From Octopus vulgaris (taxonomy: Eukaryota): DNA of 64,000 bases. Where the stretch lies: assembly GCA_951406725.2 (NCBI GenBank), contig OX597835.1, forward strand, positions 26,660,001-26,724,000. The letters are read 5' to 3'. Positions 41,836 through 56,892 of this stretch are shown one piece after another. Under the pieces are notes generated by a model, which did not search any database, was not told the origin of the DNA, and worked only from the letters and a program-made list of their open reading frames with translations. Every line of letters starts with the position of its first letter. Within the stretch, counting starts at the first letter, position 1. The position numbers and the translations under genes are program-made.

Positions 41836-42746
41836 TTTTCTTTATAAAATCGTTGTTAAAACAGTTGTTAATTAGATGTAGATTGTGTGTAATTAACTGG
41901 TGCTGAGAGACGGACAGTTAATTAGCGTTTTTTTTTTGTATGTAATTTTTTTATTTTGTTTCTATTTCATGATTTTTTATTGTTTTTCTTTTAGTTTTTG
42001 CTTGCTTCTGTTTTTCTTTACTTTTCCGACAGAAGAAGAAAATGGCGAAGATTTCTTTCGTTTTTTTCCGATGAGTGTTTTCTGTTTTGCTTCAATTTCT
42101 TTTTTTCTCTGCCGAAATCAATTTTATTTTTGCTGATTTCCATCTAAAATGTCTTGTCAATGTAATAATGATTATCTTACAGCGATGCACACACACACAC
42201 ACACACACATTCATACACACATGTACACACGCATACACATGCGCACACTCACTCACTTACATACATACAACGAAGGTAAAATCTAAGAAAATTTCATTAA
42301 TAATAACAGGCTTTTTTTATTTTTGACTTACGTGTGTTTTATACATATGATACAAGAAAACATGAAAACAATAGAATAAAACAGAATATCGTGTGTTGTA
42401 CGCATGGCAACGAAACAAAGAAAATTGTGTGACGCAATTTCTAACGTTTTTGCAGCAAGCAGTAAAATTTCGACGACTTGATTCATGCGTGTGTATCTTT
42501 GAATGTCATTGTAAAAATTACTTCATACAGTTTTTAAGTATATAGAGGATTTAAAAAAATATATATTAAAAAAAAACGTTATAAAATCTATTAACAGAAC
42601 GACTCAAACCATTTTGGGAGAAGTCTTTATCCCAAATCGTGTAAGCGTTTTCGATCAATCTTTTCAAACATACCTGTGTGTCTGTGTGTGTGAGTGTGCG
42701 TGCGTTTGTGAGTGTGTGTGTGTGTGTGTGTGTATTATATATATGT

Positions 42747-43060
42747 AGAGGTGCAATGGCCCATTGGTTAGGGCGGCGGACTCGCGACCATAGGATCGCG
42801 GTTTCGATTCCCAGACAGGGCGTTGTGAGTGAACACCTAAAGCTCCACGAGGTTCCGGCAGGGAGTATTGGCGAACCCTGCTGTACTCTTTTTTCCTGTT
42901 TCTACTGTACCTGTATTTCAAAGGGCCAGCTTTGTTACACTCTGTGTCACGCTGAATCTTCCTGCGAACTACGTTAAGGGTACACGTTAATTTCACGGGC
43001 AGGCTTTTCCGTTGATCGGATCAACTAGTACCCTCGTGTTCGTAACCGACAGAGTGCCAC
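42747..43060 (+). mobile_element. SINE family B
   Basis: A/B boxes; same tail as 19619. Confidence 0.85.
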
Positions 43061-44393
43061 GACATACATATAATATAAAATAATTAAGATTCAGTTGAAT
43101 TAGGTATTTTATGTATTTATATAGAATGATAGTTTTATGCAGTTACACATAACATAAATTTTTGTGAGCGTGTAGGACAAGTCCATCTCATCAGATGCTT
43201 AGGGTAGAATGTGGGTTCTGAGAGAAATTCAAGTGAGCTTCTAATTGTTTACTCCACGTGGTATTAATGCTATAGAAGTGGCACCAATTCCTTTCTTCAT
43301 TTTTAGACCTGTATATTTGGAAAGAATGTTAGTAGGGTACAGGTACCATTCTGCCGATAGGCTACGATGGGCTCCGATAGGTTGCAGCATAGTGTATGCA
43401 GCGACATCAGTTCTTGTATTGGGTACTGTACATACATGGCTGGGTGGGATGCTAACGCGAGTCAGTAGCTTCAGTGATCGTTCAGTGGCGTATGAACACA
43501 TTATCAGCCACAGTCTTTTCGTTCGAAGATACTATACAAAAAACGACTTTAAGAGAAGGTATACATAGCATATGCACTCCTTCAGGTGCAAGGATAGAAA
43601 ACTCTACCTCCTTGTCCCCCTTTATCTGGAGACGCCATGACCATCGAAATCACTTCCCCAGCATCGTATAGAGTATCACAAACGGAGCTACTCTTCAAAA
43701 TCGCCAACTTACGATAGCCAACTTGCAATAGCTAACGCTCGATAGCCAATTCTACCTCAGTATCTCCACGTGCGACTGCACATATTCCACTATCGTATCA
43801 TCCATCAACAGGAAGTAGGAACTATCTTATTATTGCCACCAGAAGAACATCTTGTTAATGAACTTCAAACTACAAGTAGCTCACAAACGATATGCACCAC
43901 ATTGGGCTTAACTGTCCTAAACAAGAAGGTAGGATATGTAATCCCTGCTGCCCATACAGACCACAGCCTACCCATTGCTGGTCAAGCAATCTTACTTATA
44001 ACCTAACACATCAAATTTGGTTATTCCCACATAAAGCAGTGGTAGTAGTGGTTGTTGTGTTGTTGGTGGTGGTGGTGGTAGTGGTGGCTGTGGTGGTAGT
44101 TGTGATGGTGGTGGCGGTGCTGATAGTGGACCTGGTATTGTTGTTACTATATTGCTGTTCATGCTGCTGTTGTTTAACATTTAGTCCTGAGTCAAAATTA
44201 TAACGTGCTATATACAGTTAAACGGTGAGAACAACGTGTGTACGTATATAAGCGTGTGTGTATCTTTCATCTTTTGATTTTTATCTTTCACCTTTGATTG
44301 CGGCTATGCTGGGGCACTGCTTTGTAGGCACTTGTCCAAGGTGGTTTTTAGAGTCATTTGTAGTTGGGAAGCAAATTTCTTATATACATATAC

Positions 44394-44428
<35 letters not shown>

Positions 44429-44724
44429 TGTATGTATGTATGTATGTATGTATGTATGTATGTATGTATGTTTGTATGTATGTATATAATGTGTATGTAT
44501 GTATGTATGCATGTATGTATGTATGTATGTATACGCATATATATATATATTTATATATATATATACGTATATATTATGTAGGTATGTACATATATGTATG
44601 TATATATGCATATATTTATATTATATATATATATATACACGTATATATATACACATATATATATATATATATATATTATTTATGCATATATGTATGTGTA
44701 TGTATATATATATATATATACACG

Positions 44725-44772
<48 letters not shown>

Positions 44773-45573
44773 GCATATATGTATGTGTATGTATATATAT
44801 ATATGTATATCCGTACACACACACACAAACACACACACACACACTCATGGTATAGATATCATTTTAATTCAGAGTACTGAGAAACAGGACCTACATGCTA
44901 GAAATAGACGTCAAATGGCTCTAAAAAAACACTTCAAATTACACTCCATTATCACGAGGCTTAAAGCGAGAAAATTAATAAAAAATGAATTAGTAATTCT
45001 TATTTTTTTTTAGGTTAATTCTAGATCGTCCAGTTGCTAGTTTAGTAATACAATTACTTTACCGGCTTCAGTAGAATATGTCAAAAGTACATAAATGCAA
45101 ATATATATATACACACCCATACAAATATATATATATATACATACCCATACAAATAAATGTAAATATATAAGCATACTCATACAAATATATATACATACCC
45201 ATACAAATATATATACATACCAATACAAATACTAATACTACATACATGTATTCACACGAGGCAATTCTGATTATTCATATCAATCACGTGTTTATTTAAT
45301 CAAGATAATACCGCAGTAAATATCAGGATCGGAGTGAACAAATATATATGCATACATAATTAAGGATAAGATCAATTAATGAACTTATCAGTGGCCAGCA
45401 TGCAATAAAAGCCATATAGGCAAAAATTAATATAGGTATATAATTGTATAGATACGATTATAATTAAGGGTACGGAGAAACAGTCCAGGGTCCGATTTCA
45501 AAATGACTGAAACAAGTAAAAGAATAAAAGAATATATATATATCTATCTATATGTATATATATATATATATAC

Positions 45574-45632
<59 letters not shown>

Positions 45633-45669
45633 TATACGTATATATTTATACATATATATATATATATAC

Positions 45670-45799
<130 letters not shown>

Positions 45800-46233
45800 G
45801 TATATATATACGAATATATATGCACACGCGTACACACACAGTGGGTAACAATACGTTAAAAGCCATAAAAACATATACGGACCGGATTAGTGCTCAGATC
45901 AGATCAAGTTTCTAAAACACAATATCCTAATCATGGAAGACGTAATCCAACTAAACTAAACAAGAGTTGGCTTTCGGAAGAAAAAAAAACAAAAACACCG
46001 GACGAGCTAATTTTATTTTATTCGTATCTATTTGGTTTGGTACAAATCGTGTGAGTTAAAAACACCGAACTTCTTCGAAAGACACGCAACGAATATGAAA
46101 GGATACTGCACGTGACGTAATTTGTCTGACGCGGGATTAAATTTGTGATTTGCTGAACTGTTTTTACTGATATGTCTGTAGAAAATAGCGTTATGAAGTG
46201 TGTGAGAGAGGAAAAGACGAAGTGAGACCCTAA

Positions 46234-46272
<39 letters not shown>

Positions 46273-46320
46273 TAACACTCACGCACACACACACATATAC
46301 ACACACGCACACACACATAC

Positions 46321-46365
<45 letters not shown>

Positions 46366-46534
46366 GAAATATTTCGTTTTGGGATTTGGTTTGCAAGATT
46401 CTTTATATGAGTTCGTGTGTTGGAGCATATTCTGTTGTGTCTGGGGAGGGTCATTCTCTTTTAGTGCCTTATTATTTAACACACACTAAAAGAGAATGAC
46501 TCTCCCCAGGCACAACAGAATATAATAGAATTAT

Positions 46535-46900
46535 TAAATTTCTAAATATCTCAGAGATATAAGAAGTGGTGGTGCGGTAGAGCAGTTGTATATTGTCAAC
46601 TTAACGTGACAGTCCCATAAAGGGAATCACACCACCGCTATTTAGCCCTAGGAAGCAGCAACGCTTCCTGTCGGCCTTGACACATTTCCTGTGTCCTTAT
46701 GGTTACAAATGGGAGACAAGCACCCCCATCCAGCTAAGCCTGCACCCAGAGACTAGTTTCTGAGTATTTGCTCGTCATCAGTCTGGAGTAGTATGGCTTG
46801 CTAACTGCAGATGCCTGTCTAGACCTTGTAAACATATATAATTCCAGTGAAATATATCCACTGCTTACAAAAATACAAATACTAAATTTCTAAATATCTC

Positions 46901-46903
<3 letters not shown>
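46535..46903 (-). mobile_element. ~330-bp hammerhead-bearing insertion flanked by a 21-bp direct repeat
   Basis: TAAATTTCTAAATATCTCAGA at 46535-46555 and 46883-46903. Confidence 0.7.
46746..46786 (-). ncRNA. type I hammerhead ribozyme motif
   Basis: CCAGA CTGATGA C GAG CAAATA CTC A GAAA CTAG TC^ TCTGG; stem I 5 bp, palindrome ACTAGT, GUC triplet; C.A mismatch at the base of stem II. Confidence 0.75.
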
Positions 46904-46947
<44 letters not shown>

Positions 46948-47189
46948 AAAAAATGAAGTTCGAAAATGCTGCTATATTAGACAAATTTTTAATTTTTATA
47001 TATACATTATTTATTTAACATGTTTCGGTTCTTGAAATGATGAACCTTATCAAAAAAATTATATATAAAAAAGATAGTTCATGCTATCAAATATAAAAAA
47101 TTCATATATAATATACAATAGAGTCAGACATCAAAAGTTTATATATAGTGAAGTGAGTTCATGCTATATGTTTACAGAGTATGATGTAG

Positions 47190-47333
47190 TAGTTCATAGT
47201 GGTGATATGCATTCAATATAAAAAATAGTTCATAGTGGTGATATGCATTCAATATAAAAAATAGTTCATAGTGGTGATATGCATTCAATATAAAAAATAG
47301 TTCATAGTGGTGATATGCATTCAATATAAAAAA
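47190..47333. repeat. minisatellite, 4 x 36 bp
   Basis: Unit TAGTTCATAGTGGTGATATGCATTCAATATAAAAAA, head to tail with no spacers. Confidence 0.9.
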
Positions 47334-47639
47334 TTGATGTTCTTGAAAAAGCGAGGAATTCATTTTAGATTTTACCTTGAGTAACTTTGATGACTTTTGG
47401 TCATATATATATAGTATATAGAGGGCATAGAATGCATTCGGTACGATGCGTTTATTTATTTTAGTAGTGTTGACTTTAAGAGTCCCTCCTTGCGTGTGGC
47501 ATTTATGTATAGTAATGTCCTCTATATAATATAAATAAATATATTTAAGTGAAAAAAATTGGTGGATTTTTTCTCTTATGAGGTTTTCACGCTAACTACT
47601 TGATAAATATATATATGTATGTATGTGTGCGTACATGTT

Positions 47640-48185
<546 letters not shown>

Positions 48186-48454
48186 AAAAGAATAGATATG
48201 TGATATTAAAGTCTCCGGCTTGTCGACTTGACACGAAGCCCGACCACTCACTCTGACGTGCATTCATAAATTGTAGAATTGTATGCGGTTTGCAGTGTAA
48301 GTAACAATCAAAGCCAATTGCACTTTCTCTGCTTCTCTTAATCTATTTCTGTATGTGTGCAGCAATCACTGCACACTGCACACTCCGAACTGCAATTATG
48401 AATTGTGTTAAGTGCAAGGTGACAGTCTGCACCTATTACACCCTCTCCACTTAC

Positions 48455-48638
48455 CAGTCAGTCTATTTCTGTGTACCCGGTAAGGTACTGCATACCTCGA
48501 CGTGTTCTCGGGTACTTTCGGTTGTTCTGTGACAGTCTGGAGATGTTGCAAAAAGAAACAAAACAAAAGAAAAAACGAAAAACAAAAAACAACAAAAAAA
48601 AAACAGCAGTTTGTTCGAATATACACCGGGAATCCCAT
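48455..48638 (-). CDS. candidate first coding exon: MGFPVYIRTNCCFFFVVFCFSFFLLFCFFLQHLQTVTEQPKVPENTSRYAVPYRVHRNRLT (signal peptide or type II anchor)
   Basis: ACAATGG start context; consensus donor CTG|GTAAGT at 48455/48454 (phase 1); the hydrophobic stretch could instead be the pyrimidine tract of a CCAG acceptor near 48538. Confidence 0.3.
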
Positions 48639-48719
48639 TGTTGTTGCTGTTTTGTTACTGCTGTTGTTGTTGCTGTCGGTTCTACTGATGTTGTTTTCAA
48701 GAGGGTGGTATGTCACAGT

Positions 48720-48779
48720 GACAATGGTTATGATGATGACGATGATGATAACGATGATGTTGATGATAATGATGATGAC

Positions 48780-48816
<37 letters not shown>

Positions 48817-49720
48817 GTGACGATAATAACGACGACGGCAACGACGCTGACGATGACAATAATGATGAAGATGATGATGATGAGGAGGAGGAGGAGGAGG
48901 AGGAGGAGGAGGAGGAGGAGGAGGTGGAGGAGGAAGAGGATAACGATGATGATGGGGTAGGTTTGTCGATCGTGGTGGTGGTGTTGATGTTGACGACGGC
49001 GACGATTGTGATAATGATGATCGGGGTGTTGGTAGTGGTGGTGGTGGTGGTGGTGGTGGTGGTGGTGGTGGTTGTGGCGGCGGTGGCAGTGATGGCGGTG
49101 GTGGTGGTTCATAGGGATGGATGGGGAGTAGCAAAAGGAAGGAATGGAGGCTTGGAAGTGGAGGTTGGGGTGGTCATGATGATGATGACAACGACATCGG
49201 CGATTATGATGATGATGATGATGATGATGAAGAGGAGAGGAGAAAGTGGAGGCGACGTGTGACGATAACGATGGCGATTATGATGACAACGACGATGATG
49301 GTGGTCTTCGTGGTTGTCGTCGTCGTGGCTGTGGGACTGGTGCTGGTGGAGATGGTGATGGTGGCGGCGGCGGCTGCGGCGGCTACGACGGTGCCTTGTA
49401 GAAATGCAACAAGCACGTCGGTGGCGGAGGTCGAGAGAATCAGGCGGTGTGCGAGGTGCAAGCAACAGTACAGAACGGCGCAGCAACCGCTGCACAACTG
49501 GGTGAGAAGCGTAGGTGGCGGTGGCGGTGGCGGCGGCGAGGGTGGCAGCTTCACCCCCTGCCACTGCCGCCTCCATCGTTGCCGGTTAAATCTGGTCTTC
49601 TGATTTCAGTAAACGTTTATATATTGCTAGAGCAGACGAAGAGCTCCAATTGCTGCTGCAGTTGCTGCAGTTGCTGCTGTTGTCGTTGTTATTGTTGCTG
49701 TTGTTGATATTGTTGTTGTA
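48720..49720. repeat. GC-rich trinucleotide island ((GAT)n, (GAG)n, (GGT)n, (GGC)n, (TGC)n)
   Basis: Direct inspection; relatively CpG-rich against the AT-rich background. Confidence 0.85.
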
Positions 49721-49866
49721 GCGAAAGTGTTCACACTTTTATATCCAGAGTTGGCTGCAGTGTTACGTTGCAGACAAGAATGTTGATTGCATCTTCATGA
49801 AAATTGGCAGATGACTGCAGCCATTGTAATTATTATTATTATTACTATTATTATTATTATTATTAC

Positions 49867-49938
<72 letters not shown>

Positions 49939-50112
49939 TACTATTATTATTATTATTATTATTCTTATAATTATTATTATTATTATTATTATTGGTGGTT
50001 GTGTTGTTGTTGTTGTTGTTGTTACCGCGGTATTTATTGCACGTTTTATCATGATCTACTTTTTTTATATATATATAATTATATATACATACGCATGCAT
50101 AAGCCTATATAC

Positions 50113-50155
<43 letters not shown>

Positions 50156-50225
50156 CATACATACATACATACATACGTGTGTGTGCAGATGTTTGTGCAC
50201 GTGTATGTGTGCGTGTGTGTAGTGG

Positions 50226-50284
<59 letters not shown>

Positions 50285-51445
50285 ACGTATGTATGCATAT
50301 ATAACTGTGCATACGTGTGTCCGCGTGTGTGTGTATGTGTGTGTGTGTGTGTGTAAACAGATATGTGTATGTGTGTTTTGTTTTAGTTGTGTTTTAGTTT
50401 TGTTAGCGTATTTTACAGTTGTTTGTGTTTGTTTTTGTTACTTTTTTCTTTGCTGACCAATTTTTTCTTCCTTCTCTTTTGTTTGTTGTTCTCTCTCTCT
50501 CTCTCTTCCCTTCTCTCTCCCCTTCTCTCTATCTATCTATCTCTTCCTTTCTCTCCCTATCTGCTTTCCTCTTGTCAGATACACAAATAAACACACACAC
50601 ACACACACACACGCAGGCATGGACTCGCACTGACGCACACAAATTCACACGCACGTACACATATACATACACACATGTACATGCATGCATACATACACAT
50701 ATACATACACACATGTACATGCATGCATACGAACAAGCACAATCACATACTTATACAGCAATACACACACATACGCAAATACATAAACACGCACATACAC
50801 TCGCACCTGCTTATATAAATAAAACCACCCGTCACCCGACCTTTAGCATAACCTGCACCCTCCCCACACAATCACTCACTCACACATACTTACACACACA
50901 CAGAATCACTCATACACATTCACTTACTCACAACACACACACACACAGACTTACACACACACACACAATCACTCACGCACACACATTCACACACACACCA
51001 CACACACACAAACATACACACGCACAGACTGATTCACACACACTCATTCACACACACTCACACACACACACATACTCACACACTCACACACACCATACAC
51101 ACACAAACATACACACGCACACACTCATTCACACACACTCACACACACTATTCACACACACTCATTCACACACACTCACACACACACAAACATACACACG
51201 CACAGACTGATTCACACACACTCACACACACACACATACTCACACACTCACACACCATACACACACAAACATACACACGCACACACTCATTCACACACAC
51301 TCACACACACATACTCACACACACAATCACTCACACGCACATTCTTTCACACACACCTCATAATCACACGCACTCACACACAAACATTTACTCACACTCA
51401 CTCACTCACACTCACACACAAACACTCACTCACTCACACTTACAT

Positions 51446-51485
<40 letters not shown>

Positions 51486-51609
51486 TGACTATGGTTTATG
51501 AATAAGCCTCAAATTAGTTGGCCAGGCTGCTAGAACTGTTGGCCAAAACTTTAAATACCCTGTTACCTCGTTAAAAGAATAGAACAGATACGTAATACTC
51601 AGGTTTCAA

Positions 51610-51797
51610 ATTAGAACACAAGGCTAGCGTTTTTGGAGCGAAGGAGTCAATCGATTACACGGGTTCCAGTACACAACTGGTGCGTATTTTATCCCCCCCA
51701 CCCATCCCCGAAGGATGAAATGCAAAATGGACCTAAGCGGTATTTGAACTCAGAACATAAAGACGGCGCGCTAACGATTCTGCCCGCTCGCCGCTTT
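51610..51797 (-). mobile_element. SINE family C, diverged
   Basis: GAAGGATGAAATGCAAAATGGACC...GCTAACGATTCTGCCCGCTCGCCGC. Confidence 0.65.
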
Positions 51798-51805
51798 AAA
51801 CGTAG

Positions 51806-52325
<520 letters not shown>

Positions 52326-52647
52326 TAGCTACCTAACACAGATACCAGGAAACCCAAAAATGGCAGAAATTCAAAAGATAGTGCTCATGGGAACTGCTCA
52401 TATCCTACGCAAAATACTTTCTATGTAATCTCAAGGTTTAAAACAAACAATTTTCGGTTTAAAAAGAAAGAAAAAAAGGAAAAAAATTTTTTTTTTAGAC
52501 ATTCATTAGTACAACACCAACACCCCCACCACCCAATATATGGCACACTAGGCATAACAACAACATGAACTTCCAACCTGTTGTCTCTTGAGGTCTCTGG
52601 GTGAGACTTGGAGCCAACTTGTACAAATATAAAGCAAAACTCAAACA

Positions 52648-52650
<3 letters not shown>
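52326..52650 (+). mobile_element. R4/Dong-clade non-LTR element 3' end in (TAA)n
   Basis: YLTQIPGNPKMAEIQKIVLMGTAHILRKILSM*, then 3'UTR and (TAA)n. Confidence 0.8.
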
Positions 52651-52686
<36 letters not shown>

Positions 52687-52692
52687 TAATAT

Positions 52693-53000
52693 ACTGTCCC
52701 AATCGACATAAATGTATCTGTCAAGACCTACCAAAAACTGAGCAAGTATAAGGATCTTGAAATAGATATTGGCAAAATGTGGTACCCCACCTCCTACGTA
52801 CTGTCAATATAATCCCACATTTTACAACAAACAGTTTTTTTATATTTTCTTAAACATTCTCTAGAACAACACTATGTACAAAACCAAATATATGCTACCC
52901 TAGGCATAACACCAACATGAAGGTCTAACTTATCTCTTGAGGTCTCTGGGTGAGACTTGGAGCCAGCTTGTACAAATACAAAGTAAAAGTCAATATATAG
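52693..53000 (+). mobile_element. R4/Dong-clade 3' fragment with internal deletion
   Basis: VPIDINVSVKTYQKLSKYKDLEIDIGKMW; same 3'UTR end as 52326-52650. Confidence 0.75.
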
Positions 53001-53020
53001 TAATAATAATAATAATAATA

Positions 53021-53720
<700 letters not shown>

Positions 53721-53739
53721 TGATGATGATGATAAAAAC

Positions 53740-53809
<70 letters not shown>

Positions 53810-54142
53810 GTCTCTAAAAGAAATGGAGAAACTCTCAAAATACAAAGACCTGGAAATAGAGGTAACAAGAATGTGGAATCTGAAAACAGAAACAATTCCT
53901 ATCATAGTAGGTGCATTAGGCATGATAAAAAAAATATTCAGACAAATACATAACAAAAACACCAGGACTTACAAACACATATAACATACAGAAAATTGCA
54001 CTACTAGGCACTGCACACATCCTACGCAGAACACTTTCCATACAATAACCATCAGAGCATCACAACAAATCACAGCACATACCCAAGGCACACAGAGCTG
54101 CGCTCGGTAGTGAAGTGGAAGCACGCTATAAAAATAAAACTA

Positions 54143-54146
<4 letters not shown>
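53810..54146 (+). mobile_element. R4/Dong-clade element (second family): restriction-like endonuclease C-terminus plus 3'UTR
   Basis: KEMEKLSKYKDLEIEVTRMWNLKTETIPIIVGALGMI /frameshift/ KYITKTPGLTNTYNIQKIALLGTAHILRRTLSIQ*. Confidence 0.85.
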
Positions 54147-54205
<59 letters not shown>

Positions 54206-54519
54206 TCCTTTGTACTAAAGCACAAGGCCTCAAATTTTGCGGGAGGTGGCATTTATAGTTTTTGTCAGTTTATATTTATATAATTATGATCTTTTACTTG
54301 AGCTTTAGAGCATTTTAGCTCATATTTCTAGCAATGTAGGTGTTTTTGGCACCTTAGTCATATTTAGTGAGAATTATAGTTTTCCTTTTTGGTAAAACAT
54401 TGCACACTGCTGTCTATATTAATTTTCTGTATACACATTAGCGATTGCCTAAATCATCCATAGATTTTTATGGCGAAAACAGATACTGACAAAGAATTCA
54501 GTCCGGAATTTGCCGGAGT

Positions 54520-54568
54520 CTTATTGATGAGGCAACGGAAATTGCCGAAACTGACCGGTTAGTATAAG
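54520..54568 (+). ncRNA. type I hammerhead ribozyme motif, C3U variant
   Basis: CTTA TTGATGA GGCAA CGGAAA TTGCC GAAA CTGACCGGTTAG TA^ TAAG; all three stems pair. Confidence 0.75.
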
Positions 54569-54718
54569 GAATTCTCCATCGGTGTTTTCGGGCGATTACA
54601 GTCCCTGTTTGTATACATGAATACAATTATGTGCTTTGACAACAGCAAAAGAACGTCTTAGCTCTAATTTCTAGCAATGTATGTGGTTTTTAACATCCTA
54701 GTCTTATTTCGTGACAAT

Positions 54719-54749
<31 letters not shown>

Positions 54750-54764
54750 GCAAACACATACGTA

Positions 54765-54977
54765 CTTTACTTTTCTTCTTTCAGTCTTTTGACTGTGGCC
54801 ATGCTGGAGCACCGCCTTTAATCGAGCAACTCGACCCCGGGACTTATTCTTTTGTAAGCCCAGTACTTATTCTATCGGTCTCTTTTGCCGAACGGCTAAG
54901 TAACGGGGACATAAACACACCAGCATCGGTTGTCAAGCAATGCTAGAGGGACAAACACAGACACACAAACACACACA

Positions 54978-55024
<47 letters not shown>

Positions 55025-55187
55025 GATGGGCTTCTTTTCAGTTTCCGTCAACCAAATCCACTCACAAGGCTTTGGTCGGCCCGAGGCTATAGTAGAAGAC
55101 ACTTGCCCAAGATGCCACGCAGTGGGACTGAACCCGGAACCATGTGGTTGGTAAACAAGCTACTTACCACACAGCCACTCCTGCGCC
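54765..55187 (-). mobile_element. SINE family A, full length
   Basis: Head GGCGCAGGAGTGGCTGTGTGGTAAGTAGC...GGTTCAGTCCC on the minus strand. Confidence 0.9.
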
Positions 55188-55316
55188 TATATATACAAAC
55201 ACATACGTGCATATATATGTGTGTATATATATATATAGAGAAAGGCACACATGAATTCATGCGTGTGTATATGTTGTGTGTACCATAAAAGTCATGTGGT
55301 ACAAGAGGAGAATATA

Positions 55317-55535
55317 CGAGGTGGAGTGCTGAAAAGTTCCTGACTTTGGGTAAAAGAAAATACAGGAGGATCAGTTAGTTATGATTTTATTCAACATATT
55401 CCCTCTCAGATTCACACACTTATTGACAGCAGTCCTTCAGTATTTTTAAGCCCTGTAAAAGAATTCGAAATGTTGGGCTCCCAACTAAGCCTTTCGCGAT
55501 ACCCTTAAAGCCAGGAAATATTCAGTACCCCCTCG
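55317..55535. mobile_element. mariner-type MITE with TA TSD
   Basis: TA|CGAGGTGGAGTGCTGAAAAGTTCCTG...CAGGAAATATTCAGTACCCCCTCG|TA; second copy at 56965-57183. Confidence 0.8.
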
Positions 55536-55663
55536 TATATATATATATATATATATATCCCCTACTTTCCTCCTCCCGTCTGACCATTCTGTCCGAGTCA
55601 GACGCCATGATAGATCGTTAGCCACTACACACATTTTTTTCTCTCCTTGTTTTTTCCGTGTAC

Positions 55664-55699
55664 CTTTCTGAAGAGGAGCGTAGACTCGAAACATAAAAG
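55664..55699 (+). ncRNA. minimal hammerhead motif (family H1, canonical CTGAAGA core, stem III mutated)
   Basis: CTTT CTGAAGA G GAG CGTAGA CTC GAAA CA TA AAAG within H1 copy 55600-55795. Confidence 0.55.
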
Positions 55700-55795
55700 A
55701 CTGTTTCTATTCCTGAGCGTTATACTAATACATCTGGGTTTTTTTGTACACCACCTGTCTTTGTTTTTTTTTGTTTTTTTTCGTAAACTTTCCCA

Positions 55796-55867
<72 letters not shown>

Positions 55868-55964
55868 ATTGGTCTTAGAACAAACATCAAATTTGAGTCA
55901 ACGACTCAAACATTTGATTATGTATAAATATTTAAATATTAAAATATTTTCATGGTTCTTAAGC

Positions 55965-56535
55965 ATATAAAAATAATACATATACATAAAAACACAGAGT
56001 GTAAAAATATATATGGGAATAAAATACAAATATAGAACGGACTATCAAAAGGGTAAATATAAACGATTAGAAATTCATAAAAATTCTAAAGCGAATCAAG
56101 CTACCATAAAACTAATAAACTAAGATAAAATAAAATATCAAACGACTAAAGATATTTAAAATTTTTTTTTTTTTTACTCCCCTCACAAAAATTACGTCCA
56201 AAGTTCAATTTTTAAAACCATGCTAGGTTAGATTTTATGAGCAAACAGACTTCTACAAGGTCAATCCAAATACATCTATGGCCATTTCGGGAGCTCACCA
56301 CCGCGGTTCAATTACACAAAAATGCATCATGGCAATGACCCCCTCTTCAGGATGAACAGGAAACAGGAAACACTTTTGATATTTTATTCTATCTTAGTTT
56401 ATTAGTTTTTTTTTTGGTAGCTTGACCCGCTTTAGAATTTTTATGAATTTTTAGGCCGTTCTATATTTGTATTTTATTCGGATATATATTTTTACTCTCT
56501 GTATTTTTATGTATATGTATATTTTTTATATGTTT
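55965..56535. mobile_element. Penelope-like element with ~170-bp inverted arms around a hammerhead
   Basis: 55965-56142 versus 56374-56535 are imperfect reverse complements; the element lies between (TA)n tracts. Confidence 0.7.
56273..56354 (-). ncRNA. type I hammerhead ribozyme motif with extended stem II
   Basis: CATC CTGAAGA GGGG..long hairpin..TCCC GAAA TGGCCA TA^ GATG; palindrome ATGGCCAT, AUA triplet. Confidence 0.8.
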
Positions 56536-56712
56536 AATTACCATGGTAATATTTATATATGATCAAACATTTGAGGTATGACTCGAGTTTGATGTTTCTT
56601 CTATGACCAACCAATGTTTCTTTATTTTTGTCTAATTTACGCTTGAGCACTTTTTTTGCAGTCCTATAAACCCTTCTGTTTCCATAAAAAGAGACAAATA
56701 TTATTTCTTGTC

Positions 56713-56779
<67 letters not shown>

Positions 56780-56857
56780 TAATCCAAACATGAAAACACA
56801 ACAACGCGAGGACGTGGAACAAGTATAATGTTATTGGACGCTCAGGAAAGAAGGAGG

Positions 56858-56892
56858 GTTTAACATTTCGAGCGGAGCTCTTCGTCAGTAAC
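56858..56892 (-). ncRNA. minimal hammerhead motif (family H2, slightly decayed)
   Basis: GTTA CTGACGA A GAGC TCC GCTC GAAA TG TT AAAC. Confidence 0.55.

Noticed and set aside
46020-46180. Minus-strand TTTTCTACAG acceptor as second exon for the 48455 donor
   Set aside because: Phase-1 frame ends after about 52 codons with no recognisable protein features; insufficient support.
47015-47055. Decayed hammerhead-like motifs (also ~8040, ~26120, ~57213)
   Set aside because: Core mutated (e.g. TTGATAA, ATGATGA) or the CUGANGA half missing; treated as relics and not called as ribozymes.
47190-47333. 36-bp repeats of CRISPR-like length
   Set aside because: Head-to-tail with no spacers, no cas genes, eukaryotic context; a minisatellite.
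48471-49603. Plus-strand acidic/hydrophobic ORFs (263 aa and 160 aa)
   Set aside because: Composition follows from trinucleotide repeats; splice and TATA signals favour the minus strand, though a + transcript is not excluded.
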